Shown here: piece by piece, positions 17,728-26,828 of the stretch
Layout: each line of letters starts with the position of its first letter
Position numbering within the stretch: the stretch's first letter is position 1
Assembly: GCA_046583315.1 (NCBI GenBank)
Contig: JAYGCN010000260.1
Location: 1 to 31,920, forward strand
Direction: 5' to 3'
From: Candidatus Hydrogenedentota bacterium
GTDB lineage: Bacteria > Hydrogenedentota > Hydrogenedentia > Hydrogenedentales > GCA-2746185
Length of the DNA stretch: 31,920 nucleotides
Position numbers and translations under genes: made by a program
Notes under the pieces: model-generated
Databases searched by the model: none
Told to the model about the DNA's origin: nothing
The model's input: the letters and a program-made list of their open reading frames with translations, nothing else

Positions 17728-17772
17728 CTGTGTTGCCGTAAAAGAAGCTTAAAGGTAAATGGAGGTGTGATT

Positions 17773-18507
17773 ATGCGATTTAGTATTTCGGTGGTTTCTG
17801 CGGTTCTCATCCTGTCTTTGTGGTCGGCTACATACGGGGTCGCCCAGGAGTCTGGAACTGCGAGTGGTAAACAATCTCGCGAGTACTATACAACGACTTT
17901 TCGAGATGCCTCCCCTGTGCTGGAAGACGCGATGGTCGTTCCTCAGGGGAAGGAACTCGTGATATTGCGGATCGATGGGTCCTATGATCTGTTACTCCAA
18001 AATCAATCTGCGGCTAATCCAACCGATGTGTTCACGCTTTGGCATCGCCCAACAGAGTTGGAATTCGAGCACGAGCTATTCCTCATCGACGAAGGACGAA
18101 GAATTCGGATTGAAATGTTGAGTTCGGCGGACACAAAGTACAAAGTGGGAGTCGATGGGTACTTCCGAGACAAAAAAACGAATCCCTCTCAGAAAACGAG
18201 GACGTTTCTGCTCCAAATTCAGCATCCCGAAAACTCTCCCCTGAGGTATCGTCATTCTGAAGCGGTTCCCGATGGTCAAGAACTCGTGATTCTGACGGTC
18301 GGCGTGAACGGTAGCAAGGAGTATGTGGAAATAGGGAGCCGTTCTCCTTCCGATATTTCGATCGTAGCCTATGCCGTGAATAGGCACTTTCCTGATGGGA
18401 TGTACGTTATTGACGAAGGCCATAACCTGTTTTGGAGGGGATATCGTGCTCCGAATAGGGGGGATCTATGGATTGGGGTTATCGGGTATTACCGCGATAA
18501 GAAGTAG
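17773..18507 (+). CDS. Secreted hypothetical protein with two tandem ~109-aa homologous domains
   Basis: RBS ggagg 17761-17765; signal peptide. Paired motifs VPQGKELVIL / VPDGQELVIL, IDEG / IDEG and GYFRDKK / GYYRDKK. Confidence 0.75.
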   Translation: MRFSISVVSAVLILSLWSATYGVAQESGTASGKQSREYYTTTFRDASPVLEDAMVVPQGKELVILRIDGSYDLLLQNQSAANPTDVFTLWHRPTELEFEHELFLIDEGRRIRIEMLSSADTKYKVGVDGYFRDKKTNPSQKTRTFLLQIQHPENSPLRYRHSEAVPDGQELVILTVGVNGSKEYVEIGSRSPSDISIVAYAVNRHFPDGMYVIDEGHNLFWRGYRAPNRGDLWIGVIGYYRDKK

Positions 18508-18547
18508 GCGACGCTAACAGTGCAAAATCTGCGCGGCTCCTCGCCTT

Positions 18548-18623
18548 ATTCAACACCTTCGGCGTTGGGTCGCGGGGGGGATTGCGACCCCTCGGCTATT
18601 CGTGTTCATCCCTTGCAGGGATG
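18548..18623. repeat. Cluster of three hairpins, REP/BIME-like or bidirectional terminator
   Basis: caacacc-ttc-ggcgttg (18551-18567, imperfect), gggtcgc-N10-gcgaccc (18567-18590) and catccct-tgc-agggatg (18607-18623), between convergent genes. Confidence 0.45.
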
Positions 18624-19715
18624 TTAGAGCTTCTCGACGACCTTGTCTCCGAATTGGGCTGTGCTGATGGATTCGAGTTTGCCTTCGGGGTCGCGGAGGT
18701 CGGCGGTGGTGTAGCCTTCGGTGAAGACGGCGGTCATGGCTTCCCGGATGCGTTTGGCTTCAGCGTTCATGCCGAAACTTTTCTCGAGCATGAGTGCGAT
18801 GGAGCCTATCATGGAGTAGGGGTTGGCAATACCCTGGCCGGCAATGTCGGGGGCGGAACCGTGGGAGGGTTCGTAGTAGGCTTTTTCGTCGCCGACGCAT
18901 GCGGAGGGCATGAGTCCGAGCGAGCCGAGCAATCCGCCGGCCTGGTCGGAGAGGATGTCGCCGAACATGTTTTCCATGACCATGACGTCGAATTGGCTGG
19001 GGTTGAGGAGGAGCGCTGTGGCGGCAGCGTCGACGATGACGTGTTTGACTTCGACTTCGGTGTACTCCATGGCGACTTCGTCGAGGATTTCGCACCACAA
19101 CACACTGGATTGGAGTACGTTGTTTTTGTGGATGTTGTGGAGGACTTTCTTGCGGCCCATGGCTTCTTTGAAACCGACGTGCAGGATTTGTGCGATCTGA
19201 TCTTCGTCGTATTCGAGGGTTTCGTGTACGTAGCGTTTGCCTGCGTCGTTGATGCCGTGTTTTTTGGAGCCGAAGTAGAGTCCGCCGACGAGTTCGCGGA
19301 TGATCATGATGTCGATACCGTCTCCGATGACGCGGGGCTTGAGCGGGGAGAAGTGGGCTAATTCTTTGGGCAGGTAGACGGGCCGGAAATTCGCGAAGGT
19401 GTTGTAGCGTCGGCGTAGGGGTAACAATGCGCCACGTTCGGGTTGTTCGTCGACGGGAATTTTCTTTGACTCCTCGAAGCTGAGGCCGATGGGGCCTTTG
19501 ATGATGGCGTCGGCTTCGTCACAGATGGCTTTGGTTTCTTCGGGGAAGGCAGTGCCGTGATCGAACCAGGCTTTTCCGCCGAAGGGGGCCGGGCGCAAGT
19601 CGAAGGTGACGCCGGATTGTTCTTCGATTTTGTGAAGGACTTTGATGGCTTCAACGGTAATTTCGGGACCGATTCCGTCCCCTTCGAGCACAGCGATAAT
19701 TTTGGTGTTGGACAT
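18624..19715 (-). CDS. leuB: 3-isopropylmalate dehydrogenase
   Basis: GDGIGPE, PERGALLPLR...FANFRP, IRELVGGLYFG, NMFGDILSD, GSLGLMPSA, EPSHGSAPDIAGQGIANP. Confidence 0.92.
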   Translation of the reverse strand: MSNTKIIAVLEGDGIGPEITVEAIKVLHKIEEQSGVTFDLRPAPFGGKAWFDHGTAFPEETKAICDEADAIIKGPIGLSFEESKKIPVDEQPERGALLPLRRRYNTFANFRPVYLPKELAHFSPLKPRVIGDGIDIMIIRELVGGLYFGSKKHGINDAGKRYVHETLEYDEDQIAQILHVGFKEAMGRKKVLHNIHKNNVLQSSVLWCEILDEVAMEYTEVEVKHVIVDAAATALLLNPSQFDVMVMENMFGDILSDQAGGLLGSLGLMPSACVGDEKAYYEPSHGSAPDIAGQGIANPYSMIGSIALMLEKSFGMNAEAKRIREAMTAVFTEGYTTADLRDPEGKLESISTAQFGDKVVEKL

Positions 19716-19814
19716 GGCTTCTCTCTTGCTTGTTCACGCGATTCGCGATGTGATGTAATGGGAAATGAAGCCGAAATGATAGCATACAACGGCGGGGGGG
19801 ATCGACCAGAACTC

Positions 19815-20411
19815 ATGACGAACGAATCGAAACTGGACGCGGTGATACGTCGAATCGATGAGGCCAATGCTGCCGATCCGAAAACCGACACGCTGGATGG
19901 GGTTGAGGGGTCGAAGGAGCAGATCTATGGGAAGCGGATGATGGCTTGGGTGGAGCGGTTGAATCCAGAGGCTTCGGAGGCGTTGAAGATTGCGGCGCGG
20001 GCGCAGCATATCTGTCGGTGGGAGATTCCGCGTAGTGATTATCCAGAGGGCAAGGCGGGGTATTATCAGTGGCGCACGTTTTTGTATGGGTATCACGCGG
20101 ACAAAGCGGGTGCGATCATGACCGAGGTGGGTTACGACGAGGAATCGGTCGACGCGGTCCGGCAGATTATGGATAAGAAGAATCTGCGCAAGAATCCGGA
20201 TACGCAGACACTGGAAGATGCGGCGGCGTTGGTGTTTTTGGAGAATCATATTGAAGAGTTTTCGGATCGGGATGACATGGATGAGCCGAAACTTATTAAT
20301 GTATTGCAGATGACCTGGGGCAAGATGTCGGAGCAGGGTCATGCGGCGGCGTTGGAGTTGGTGTTGCCGGAACATTGCGCCGCGCTGGTGGAGAAGGCGC
20401 TTAAGGGGTAG
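19815..20411 (+). CDS. DUF4202 family protein
   Basis: IDEANAADP, YGKRM, AARAQHICRWEIPRSDYPEGKAGYYQWR, QTLEDAAALVFL, TWGKMS. The tracked ORF's 5' extension is antisense to leuB, so ATG 19815 was chosen. Confidence 0.85.
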   Translation: MTNESKLDAVIRRIDEANAADPKTDTLDGVEGSKEQIYGKRMMAWVERLNPEASEALKIAARAQHICRWEIPRSDYPEGKAGYYQWRTFLYGYHADKAGAIMTEVGYDEESVDAVRQIMDKKNLRKNPDTQTLEDAAALVFLENHIEEFSDRDDMDEPKLINVLQMTWGKMSEQGHAAALELVLPEHCAALVEKALKG

Positions 20412-20599
20412 TGGAATCCGTTGCTGAGCATTTCCATGGCCTGCAGGTAGATGGCGGAATCGGCGGTGTGGAGACCGGTAGCAACACCGCTTTCGGTTTC
20501 GTAGGCGTGCAGCCAGTGGTGGAGTATGGGTTCGACCAGGGTTGCCGACGCGATAAGGGTAACCAATAGCGCGCATCGTGCCACAGGCGTCAAGGTCAT
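20339..20599 (-). pseudogene. Probable truncated 5' end of a membrane-protein gene, coupled to the TPR gene
   Basis: ATG 20599-20597 overlaps the TPR stop (ATGA). MTLTPVARCALLVTLIASATLVEPILHHW...GLHTADSAIYLQAMEMLSNGFHYP, then runs antisense into the DUF4202 3' end. Confidence 0.45.
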
Positions 20600-21855
20600 T
20601 GTCCAGGCCGGGTATCGAGCAGTGCCGAGCGCCAGTAGACACCTAGCAGGCCTTCGTCGGCGTCGCTGAGTTGGTAGATGGAGTCCATGGCCCACGTTTC
20701 GGTGCTGCATTTCGACTCGAAGGCTTGTGCGAAAACCAAGGCTTGATCGGGGTCCTGGGAACTCACACCGTAGACGATGAAACGTTCCGATCCTTCAAAG
20801 AATACGTTATCCGATTCTTCCACATTCGTTTTGAGGACCACCTGGTAGCTGGCGGCTGTGTTGGAAGCTTTACCTTCGAGGATTTGGAGCCCACCGAGGA
20901 CATCTTCGCCGAAGAGGCCTTCATCGAAGATGCGGGTTACGACTTCGGATGCGTGTTCGTGCATTTGGTTGCGATTGGCGAATCGAAGGATGGTGGCGAT
21001 CACGTAGTCGCGTGACGCGGGATCGAGTTCTTCGTCTTCGATGGCTTCGTCGAAGGCTTCCAGCAGGATTTCCCATGCGGGCCAGATGTGATCCTGGCCT
21101 TCCTCGTAGTCCGCGCGGGTCATGAGGGTACGCCATCCGTTCGGGTTCAGCTCTTGCAATTCTTCAATGCATTGCTGGATTTGTTCGGTGTCCTGATTGC
21201 GTACGGCGGTGATGGCCCAGTTGTAGTAGACCTCTTCCTGGTCAAAGTCGACTTTGGATGCTTTTTCGAATGCGTCGTAGGCGGATTGGAAGTTTCCGAG
21301 GTCGCTGTATATCACGCCGAGGCCGATCCAGGCTTCTCCGTCCTGGGGAGTCCGTTCGAGATAGGTGGTGTAGGTAGAGGCTGCGAGATCGAGTTCGCCC
21401 ATGAGCTGATGGCAATGGGCTTTTTGGAAATAAACCTCCGCGAACTCCGGGTCAAGGGTCAGGCAGGTTTCGTAGGCCGCGATGGATTCGGGGTAACGGG
21501 CTTCGCGTCCCAACGAGATGGCGAGGTTGAACCAGGGGACGGGATCGTCGGGGACGAGTTCGCACAGATTTTTGAGAAACATCTCGGCGTGGGGGAAGGC
21601 ATTGAGTTCTGCGAATTCGACGCCTGCAGCCAGCACGAAGGTGTAGTCGTCTCCTTCGTCTTTCATGATGTCGTCGATGAGATTGTGGGCTTCCTGGCCC
21701 TGGTCGAGGGATTCCAGGATGACGACCTCCAATGCCAGCGCGCGCCCGCGATCGGAGCCGGGCAAAGTTTGGTCATACAGCGTCTGGATGAGGGCAAGGG
21801 CGTCGGTATATTTTCCGGCAATAACGAGTTCTTCGGCGCGATCTACAGTGTTCAT
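20596..21855 (-). CDS. Tetratricopeptide repeat protein
   Basis: Repeated TPR-like helices (PWFNLAISLG, VYFQKAHCH, AWIGLGVIYSDLGNFQSAYDAFEKA, VYYNWA) and an acidic C-terminal domain. Confidence 0.88.
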   Translation of the reverse strand: MNTVDRAEELVIAGKYTDALALIQTLYDQTLPGSDRGRALALEVVILESLDQGQEAHNLIDDIMKDEGDDYTFVLAAGVEFAELNAFPHAEMFLKNLCELVPDDPVPWFNLAISLGREARYPESIAAYETCLTLDPEFAEVYFQKAHCHQLMGELDLAASTYTTYLERTPQDGEAWIGLGVIYSDLGNFQSAYDAFEKASKVDFDQEEVYYNWAITAVRNQDTEQIQQCIEELQELNPNGWRTLMTRADYEEGQDHIWPAWEILLEAFDEAIEDEELDPASRDYVIATILRFANRNQMHEHASEVVTRIFDEGLFGEDVLGGLQILEGKASNTAASYQVVLKTNVEESDNVFFEGSERFIVYGVSSQDPDQALVFAQAFESKCSTETWAMDSIYQLSDADEGLLGVYWRSALLDTRPGQ

Positions 21856-22021
21856 GCAGGTGTAAGCGAGTCCAATTGTTTCTGCGTCAGGTCACGGCAC
21901 AGGTTGATGTACCGGTGCCCGAATCAGCAGGTGGGTGTTGTTTTCAGCAGGCCCTATGGTACCATAGCGAAACTGGGCGGCACCAACGGGTGGCGTTCGC
22001 TCAGGATAATGGAGGATCGAC

Positions 22022-22972
22022 ATGAATCTTGTTCGACTCGCACTTTTTTTCGTTGTAACAGGTCTACTTGGTATTTTTCCCGGTCTTCAATCGGGTGCAT
22101 TTGCTGCGGATGAGACCTTTCACGCGGTATTGATTGGCACGGGCATTCCTATTCCGAATTCGGAGCGAGCATGTGCGGCGACGTTGATCGTGGCGGGGGA
22201 TCGGAAATTTCTGGTGGATACGGGACGGGGGAGTTTCATGCGGCTTGTGGAGACCCAGAATCTGGATGTGACGGCGGTGCTGTATACGCATTTTCACAAT
22301 GATCATATATCCGAGCTGGGTGAGTTTATGGTGAATCGGGCGATCGGGGGCGCGAAACTTCCGATGAGGGTTCTTGGGCCGAAGGGAATGCGTGACGTGG
22401 CGGATGCTCTGTTAGCACCTTACGAACGAGATACGGAATATCGCGTGGCGCATCATGGTGAGAAGTATTCTGCGGCGGCGATGACTGCGGATGTGGAGGA
22501 GCATGAAGCGGGTGTGATTTACGAAGAAGATGGTCTGATCATTCGTATGTTCGAAGTGGATCATCATCCGATTGAGCCCGCTGTGGGGTATCGCTTCGAA
22601 TTTCAGGGGAAATCGATCGTGATTTCGGGAGACACGAAGAAGGCGGCGATTATGGTAGAGATGGCGAAGGATTGTGATTTGCTCATTCACGAGGCGATGA
22701 ATACGCAAGTGTTGAAGGGCATGGTGGGGGCTTTGAAACGAGGGAATCCCCGTCAGTCAGCGATGCTCGAGGAATTGATGGATTACCATACGGACAAACT
22801 CGAAGTGGCGGAAATTGCGCGCGACGCCGGCGCCAAGAAAGTTGTGCTGACGCATCTGGTGCCGAGTATTCCGCCGACGGATGCCGCGGAAAAAATGTTT
22901 GTGCGCGGTGTGAGCGACATCTACAAAGGCGAAGTCATCATGGCCCGCGATGGAATGGTCGTCAAGCCCTGA
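22022..22972 (+). CDS. MBL-fold metallohydrolase, RNase Z/ElaC/AtsA-like, with signal peptide
   Basis: RBS ggagg; IGTGIP, LVDTGRG, THFHNDH (HxHxDH), VDH, AVGYRF, ISGDT, LIHEA, YHT, LTHLVP. Confidence 0.88.
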   Translation: MNLVRLALFFVVTGLLGIFPGLQSGAFAADETFHAVLIGTGIPIPNSERACAATLIVAGDRKFLVDTGRGSFMRLVETQNLDVTAVLYTHFHNDHISELGEFMVNRAIGGAKLPMRVLGPKGMRDVADALLAPYERDTEYRVAHHGEKYSAAAMTADVEEHEAGVIYEEDGLIIRMFEVDHHPIEPAVGYRFEFQGKSIVISGDTKKAAIMVEMAKDCDLLIHEAMNTQVLKGMVGALKRGNPRQSAMLEELMDYHTDKLEVAEIARDAGAKKVVLTHLVPSIPPTDAAEKMFVRGVSDIYKGEVIMARDGMVVKP

Positions 22973-22976
22973 GTCG

Positions 22977-23792
22977 TTACCCGAGATCCAGTCCGCCTAT
23001 TGCGGGGGACGATAACCATGCGCCGCCATCGATGACGAGAATCGCGCCGGTTGTGAATTTTGAAGCGTCGCTGGCGAGGAAGAGGCAGGCGTCTGAGATT
23101 TCACGCACGGTTCCGAATCGACCGAGAGGCACTTGTTTCATGAACGAGTTTGAGAGTTCTTCGGTGGGGGCTAGGCGTCGCATGCCTTCGGTGTCTCCGA
23201 TGGGGCCGGGTGCTATGCCGTTTGCGCGAATGCCCAGGGAACCCCACTCTGTGGCGATGGTGCGAGTCAGTGAATCGATGCCTGCTTTTGCGGCGCAGAC
23301 GTGTCCCTGGAAGGGTGTACCGGTGTATTGCAGGGTGGCGGTGATATTGGTGACGCTGGCGTTACCGTGTTTTTCGCCGGCGGCCATGAGATGGGGGAAG
23401 CAGGCCTTCGTCATGTTGAAGGTACCCTGTAAATCGATTTCGATGACGGTGTTGAAAGCGTTGGCACTGAGCGCGGCGAGGGGTGCCGGGAAATTTCCTG
23501 CGGCTCCGTTGATGAGTATGTCGATACCGCCGAAGGTTTCCACTGTTTTTGCGACGACTGCTTCAACGGCTTCGTAGTCGCGCACGTCTCCTGCGACGGC
23601 GAGGACGTTTCCACCGGTTTTTTCGCGAATGATGTCGGCGGCTTCGTTGAGACGTTCCTGGCTTCGACTGGTGATACATACATTTGCGCCGTGTGCGGAG
23701 AAGACGGTTGCGATGTCGCTGCAGATGTCGCCGCCGCCGCCGGTGATGAGTAGGGTGCGGTCTTTGAGGATGTCGTCCTGGAAAATGCTCAT
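22977..23792 (-). CDS. SDR oxidoreductase, 2,4-dienoyl-CoA reductase (DECR2/SPS19)-like
   Basis: ITGGGGDI, INGAAGNF, IDLQGTFN, ITATL, HVCAAKAG, IAPGPI, DGG. Confidence 0.88.
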   Translation of the reverse strand: MSIFQDDILKDRTLLITGGGGDICSDIATVFSAHGANVCITSRSQERLNEAADIIREKTGGNVLAVAGDVRDYEAVEAVVAKTVETFGGIDILINGAAGNFPAPLAALSANAFNTVIEIDLQGTFNMTKACFPHLMAAGEKHGNASVTNITATLQYTGTPFQGHVCAAKAGIDSLTRTIATEWGSLGIRANGIAPGPIGDTEGMRRLAPTEELSNSFMKQVPLGRFGTVREISDACLFLASDASKFTTGAILVIDGGAWLSSPAIGGLDLG

Positions 23793-23810
23793 GATGGAAA
23801 CTTTCTTGGG

Positions 23811-25304
23811 TTAATCAGTTTCGGCGATGGATTCGTCAATGATCCATTGGGTTAATAGTCGTACTCCGTAGCCCGTCGCGTGATCGGGATTGAGGTAGGA
23901 GATGTGTTTGCCGCCCCAGGCGGTGCCGGCGATGTCGACGTGCGCCCAGCGTGTGGAATCGACGAAGTGGCTCAGGAACGCCGCGGCAGTAATGGAGCCT
24001 GCTTCACCACGGGGTCCGATGTTGCAGAGATCGGCGTGGGTGCCGTCGACGAGTTTTCGGTAGTCTTGCCACAGGGGCATGGGCCAGATGCGTTCGCCGG
24101 AGGCATCGGCAGCGAGATCGAGTTCGGAGACGAGGTCTGAGTCATTGGAGAATACGCCGGCGGCATAGTGACCGAGTCCGACGACTATCGCCCCAGTGAG
24201 GGTGGCCAGATCGACGATGGCATTCGGTTTGAAGGTTTTTTCCGTGTAGGCCAGCGCGTCGGCGAGCAGCATGCGGCCTTCGGCGTCGGTGTTGTGGACT
24301 TCGACGGTTTTTCCGTTGTACATGGTGATGATGTCGCCGGGCACGTAGGCTTCGGGGCCGGTTTTGTTTTCGGCTGCGGGTACGACGGCGATGACGTTGA
24401 TGATTGGTTTGATTTCGCCGATGGATTTCATGGCACCGAGCACGGCGGCGGCTCCGCACATGTCGAATTTCATTTCGTGCATGTCGACAGCACCTTTGAT
24501 GCTGATGCCGCCGGTGTCGAAGGTGACGCCTTTGCCGACCATGGCGAGGGTTTGCTTTGCATCGGGATGGCTATATTCCAGCGTGATGAGTCGTGCTTCT
24601 TCGGAGGAACCTTGGGAGACGGAGAGAATCCCATTCATTTTTTCGGCTTCGAGGCGTTTGTCGTCGAAAATGGTACAGGTGAGTCCCAGTGATTTCGCGA
24701 AGGCTTCCGCTTCGTTGGCCAGTATCGTGGGCGTGAGATTGTTCGGCGGCGTGTTGGCCAGGTCGCGCGCCCAGTTTACGTTGTTGCAGACGATGGCGGT
24801 CCGGGCGCATCCTTCGCGCAGGTCGGCCAGGGCTTCTTCGGATTGTATGACGATGGATAGTTCTTTTAGGTCCGATTCGGATTCTATTGAAGTTTTGTAG
24901 GCGCGAAAATCGTAGGTGCCGAGGATGATACCTTCGACGAAGGCTTCAATCGGAAAGGCATCTCTGCCTGAAGCGTCGAATACGAGATGGTCGATGGCGT
25001 GGCTTTGAATGAGCGGGCAAATTTTTCCTGCCGCGCGCCGGAGTACTTCGGCATCAAAGTCGGCATGTGTCCCTAGACCCACGACGATGGCGCATCGATA
25101 GGGGCTGATGGGCGTGGGAAGCACATAACAATTCTCGGCTTTTCCCGCGAAGCCTTTTTCGAGCGCGATTGTTTCGAGTAGTGCGACATCGGCTTCGGAA
25201 ATGGTCGTGCCCCAGTTGGGTGCCTCGTCCTCGAAGATCGGAATGACGATGCCCGTCGCTGCGGTGAGTTCAGCGGTGCCGCTGGGAAAAACGTGGAGGC
25301 GCAT
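23811..25304 (-). CDS. pepA: Leucyl aminopeptidase (M17)
   Basis: ARDLANTP, VGKGVTFDTGGISIK, MKFDMCGAA, NTDAEGR, DLATLTGA, HVDIAG. Confidence 0.95.
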   Translation of the reverse strand: MRLHVFPSGTAELTAATGIVIPIFEDEAPNWGTTISEADVALLETIALEKGFAGKAENCYVLPTPISPYRCAIVVGLGTHADFDAEVLRRAAGKICPLIQSHAIDHLVFDASGRDAFPIEAFVEGIILGTYDFRAYKTSIESESDLKELSIVIQSEEALADLREGCARTAIVCNNVNWARDLANTPPNNLTPTILANEAEAFAKSLGLTCTIFDDKRLEAEKMNGILSVSQGSSEEARLITLEYSHPDAKQTLAMVGKGVTFDTGGISIKGAVDMHEMKFDMCGAAAVLGAMKSIGEIKPIINVIAVVPAAENKTGPEAYVPGDIITMYNGKTVEVHNTDAEGRMLLADALAYTEKTFKPNAIVDLATLTGAIVVGLGHYAAGVFSNDSDLVSELDLAADASGERIWPMPLWQDYRKLVDGTHADLCNIGPRGEAGSITAAAFLSHFVDSTRWAHVDIAGTAWGGKHISYLNPDHATGYGVRLLTQWIIDESIAETD

Positions 25305-25325
25305 GGTGATCCTTTCGGTGGAGTT

Positions 25326-26663
25326 TTACACGGTGGCGGGTTCTTCGATGGGCTCGCCGTAGAGCCAGTGCCCGCTGGCGGACTGGATGGTGACATCGAC
25401 GAGGTCGCCAATGTCGAGGTCCGTGGATTTGATGGATACGGGTCGATAGCCGTCGGTGCGGCCACTCATGGTGTCCTGTTCGCGAACGCTGGCGCTGTCG
25501 ATCAATACGGTTTGTCGGGTGCCGACTAGTTTTTGGATGTCGACTTCGTGGAGTTCTTTTTGCAGGGCGATGAGGCGTGCCAGGCGGTCTTCTTTGACCT
25601 CACGGGATACGTTGTCGGGCATCTGTGCAGCCTTTGTTTTGGGGCGCGGGGAGTATTTGAAGGGGAAAATCTGGCTGAAATGGGCTTCACGCACGACGTC
25701 GAGCGTTTGTTGGAATTCATCTTCTGTTTCGGTGGGGAAGCCGACGATGATGTCGGTGCTGAGTTCGAGTGTGGGATTGACCGATTGCATGTAGTGAATT
25801 TTGTCGAGATATTCTTCGAGCGTGTGGCCGCGTTTCATTTTCTTGAGCATACGGCTGGACCCGGCCTGGAAGGGAATATGAAGTTGGTTACAGATCTTCT
25901 TTTCGGAGACCATGAGGTCGGAGAGTTCGTTGTTCCAGTCGTTGGGATGTGGCGAGGTGAATCGTATGCGTTCGAGTTCGTCGACGGTGACGAGGTCTTG
26001 AAGCAACCGATAAAACCCGTGGCCTTTCGCGCTATACGAGTTTACATTTTGACCGAGCAACCAGATTTCCTTGGCACCTCGACGGGCGAGGTCGCGGGCT
26101 TCGAGCAGAATGTTGTCCGGTTCGCGACTGACTTCGCGTCCGCGCGTGTAGGGCACGACGCAGAAGGTGCAGAAGTTGTCGCAGCCTTTTGTGATTGAGA
26201 TGTAGGCTTTGCAACCTTCGACGTGACCCTTTTCGACCCATTCTTCGGGGATGAAATTGTGGACGCGGCGTTCGTGGGGTTGCCATTTTGTCATGAGGAC
26301 GCGTTCACCGTTCTGAACGCGTTCGATCATTTCCGGCAGCTTGAACAGATTGTCCGGGCCGAAGACCATATCCACGGTTTTCTCGCGTTTCAGGATAGCC
26401 TCGCCTTCCTGTTGCGCGACGCAGCCGCCTACGCCGATAATGAGGTCGTCGCGGGTTTTCTTGAGATCGCGCAGACGCCCGAGCTGGCTATAGACCTTGT
26501 TTTCGGGATTGTGTCGGACCGAGCAGGTGTTTACGAGGACGAGGTTGGCGTCGTTCACGTCGTCGGTCATGGTATAGCCTTCGGCCACGAGCAGACCCGC
26601 CATGCGGTAAGTATCGTGCTCGTTCATTTGGCAGCCGTAGGTTTGGATGTATGCTTTTTTCAT
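25326..26663 (-). CDS. miaB: tRNA-2-methylthio-N6-dimethylallyladenosine synthase
   Basis: TYGCQMN, NTCSVR, GGCVAQ, radical SAM GCDNFCTFCVVPYTRGRE, LLGQNVNSY, FTSPHP, DIIVGFP and C-terminal TRAM-like domain. Confidence 0.96.
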   Translation of the reverse strand: MKKAYIQTYGCQMNEHDTYRMAGLLVAEGYTMTDDVNDANLVLVNTCSVRHNPENKVYSQLGRLRDLKKTRDDLIIGVGGCVAQQEGEAILKREKTVDMVFGPDNLFKLPEMIERVQNGERVLMTKWQPHERRVHNFIPEEWVEKGHVEGCKAYISITKGCDNFCTFCVVPYTRGREVSREPDNILLEARDLARRGAKEIWLLGQNVNSYSAKGHGFYRLLQDLVTVDELERIRFTSPHPNDWNNELSDLMVSEKKICNQLHIPFQAGSSRMLKKMKRGHTLEEYLDKIHYMQSVNPTLELSTDIIVGFPTETEDEFQQTLDVVREAHFSQIFPFKYSPRPKTKAAQMPDNVSREVKEDRLARLIALQKELHEVDIQKLVGTRQTVLIDSASVREQDTMSGRTDGYRPVSIKSTDLDIGDLVDVTIQSASGHWLYGEPIEEPATV

Positions 26664-26715
26664 GGAGACTCGTGTCGAATTGAAGGTGTAATGAAATCAG
26701 TTGAGGAAGAACAAG

Positions 26716-26745
26716 AGTATATCATGGGGGCGAAATTGGCCGCAA
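26716..26745 (-). promoter_or_regulatory. Putative miaB promoter (extended -10)
   Basis: Minus strand TTGCGG (26745-26740), 18 nt spacer, TATACT (26721-26716) preceded by TGn. Confidence 0.5.
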
Positions 26746-26787
26746 TGTTCAGAAACGATACACAGTGGCCGGAAGAGCTCGCGACGC

Positions 26788-26828
26788 AAGAAAATAGCGA
26801 CGCCTCTAGTCGGGTGCGAGGCGTCGCT
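26788..26828 (-). terminator. Intrinsic terminator-like hairpin
   Basis: Perfect 11-bp stem agcgacgcctc (26796-26806) / gaggcgtcgct (26818-26828). It is followed on the minus strand by ATTTTCTT and on the plus strand by tggtttttc. Confidence 0.6.

Noticed and set aside
18512..18629. Possible integron attC site (GCTAAC ... GTTAGAG) after the orphan gene
   Set aside because: The ends do not fit RYYYAAC/GTTRRRY, the L boxes do not pair at the right spacing, GTTAG includes the leuB stop codon, and there is no integrase or second cassette.
21939..21955. tgttttcagcaggccct resembling an IS terminal inverted repeat
   Set aside because: No partner repeat, target duplication or transposase; it overlaps a plausible promoter for the 22022 gene.
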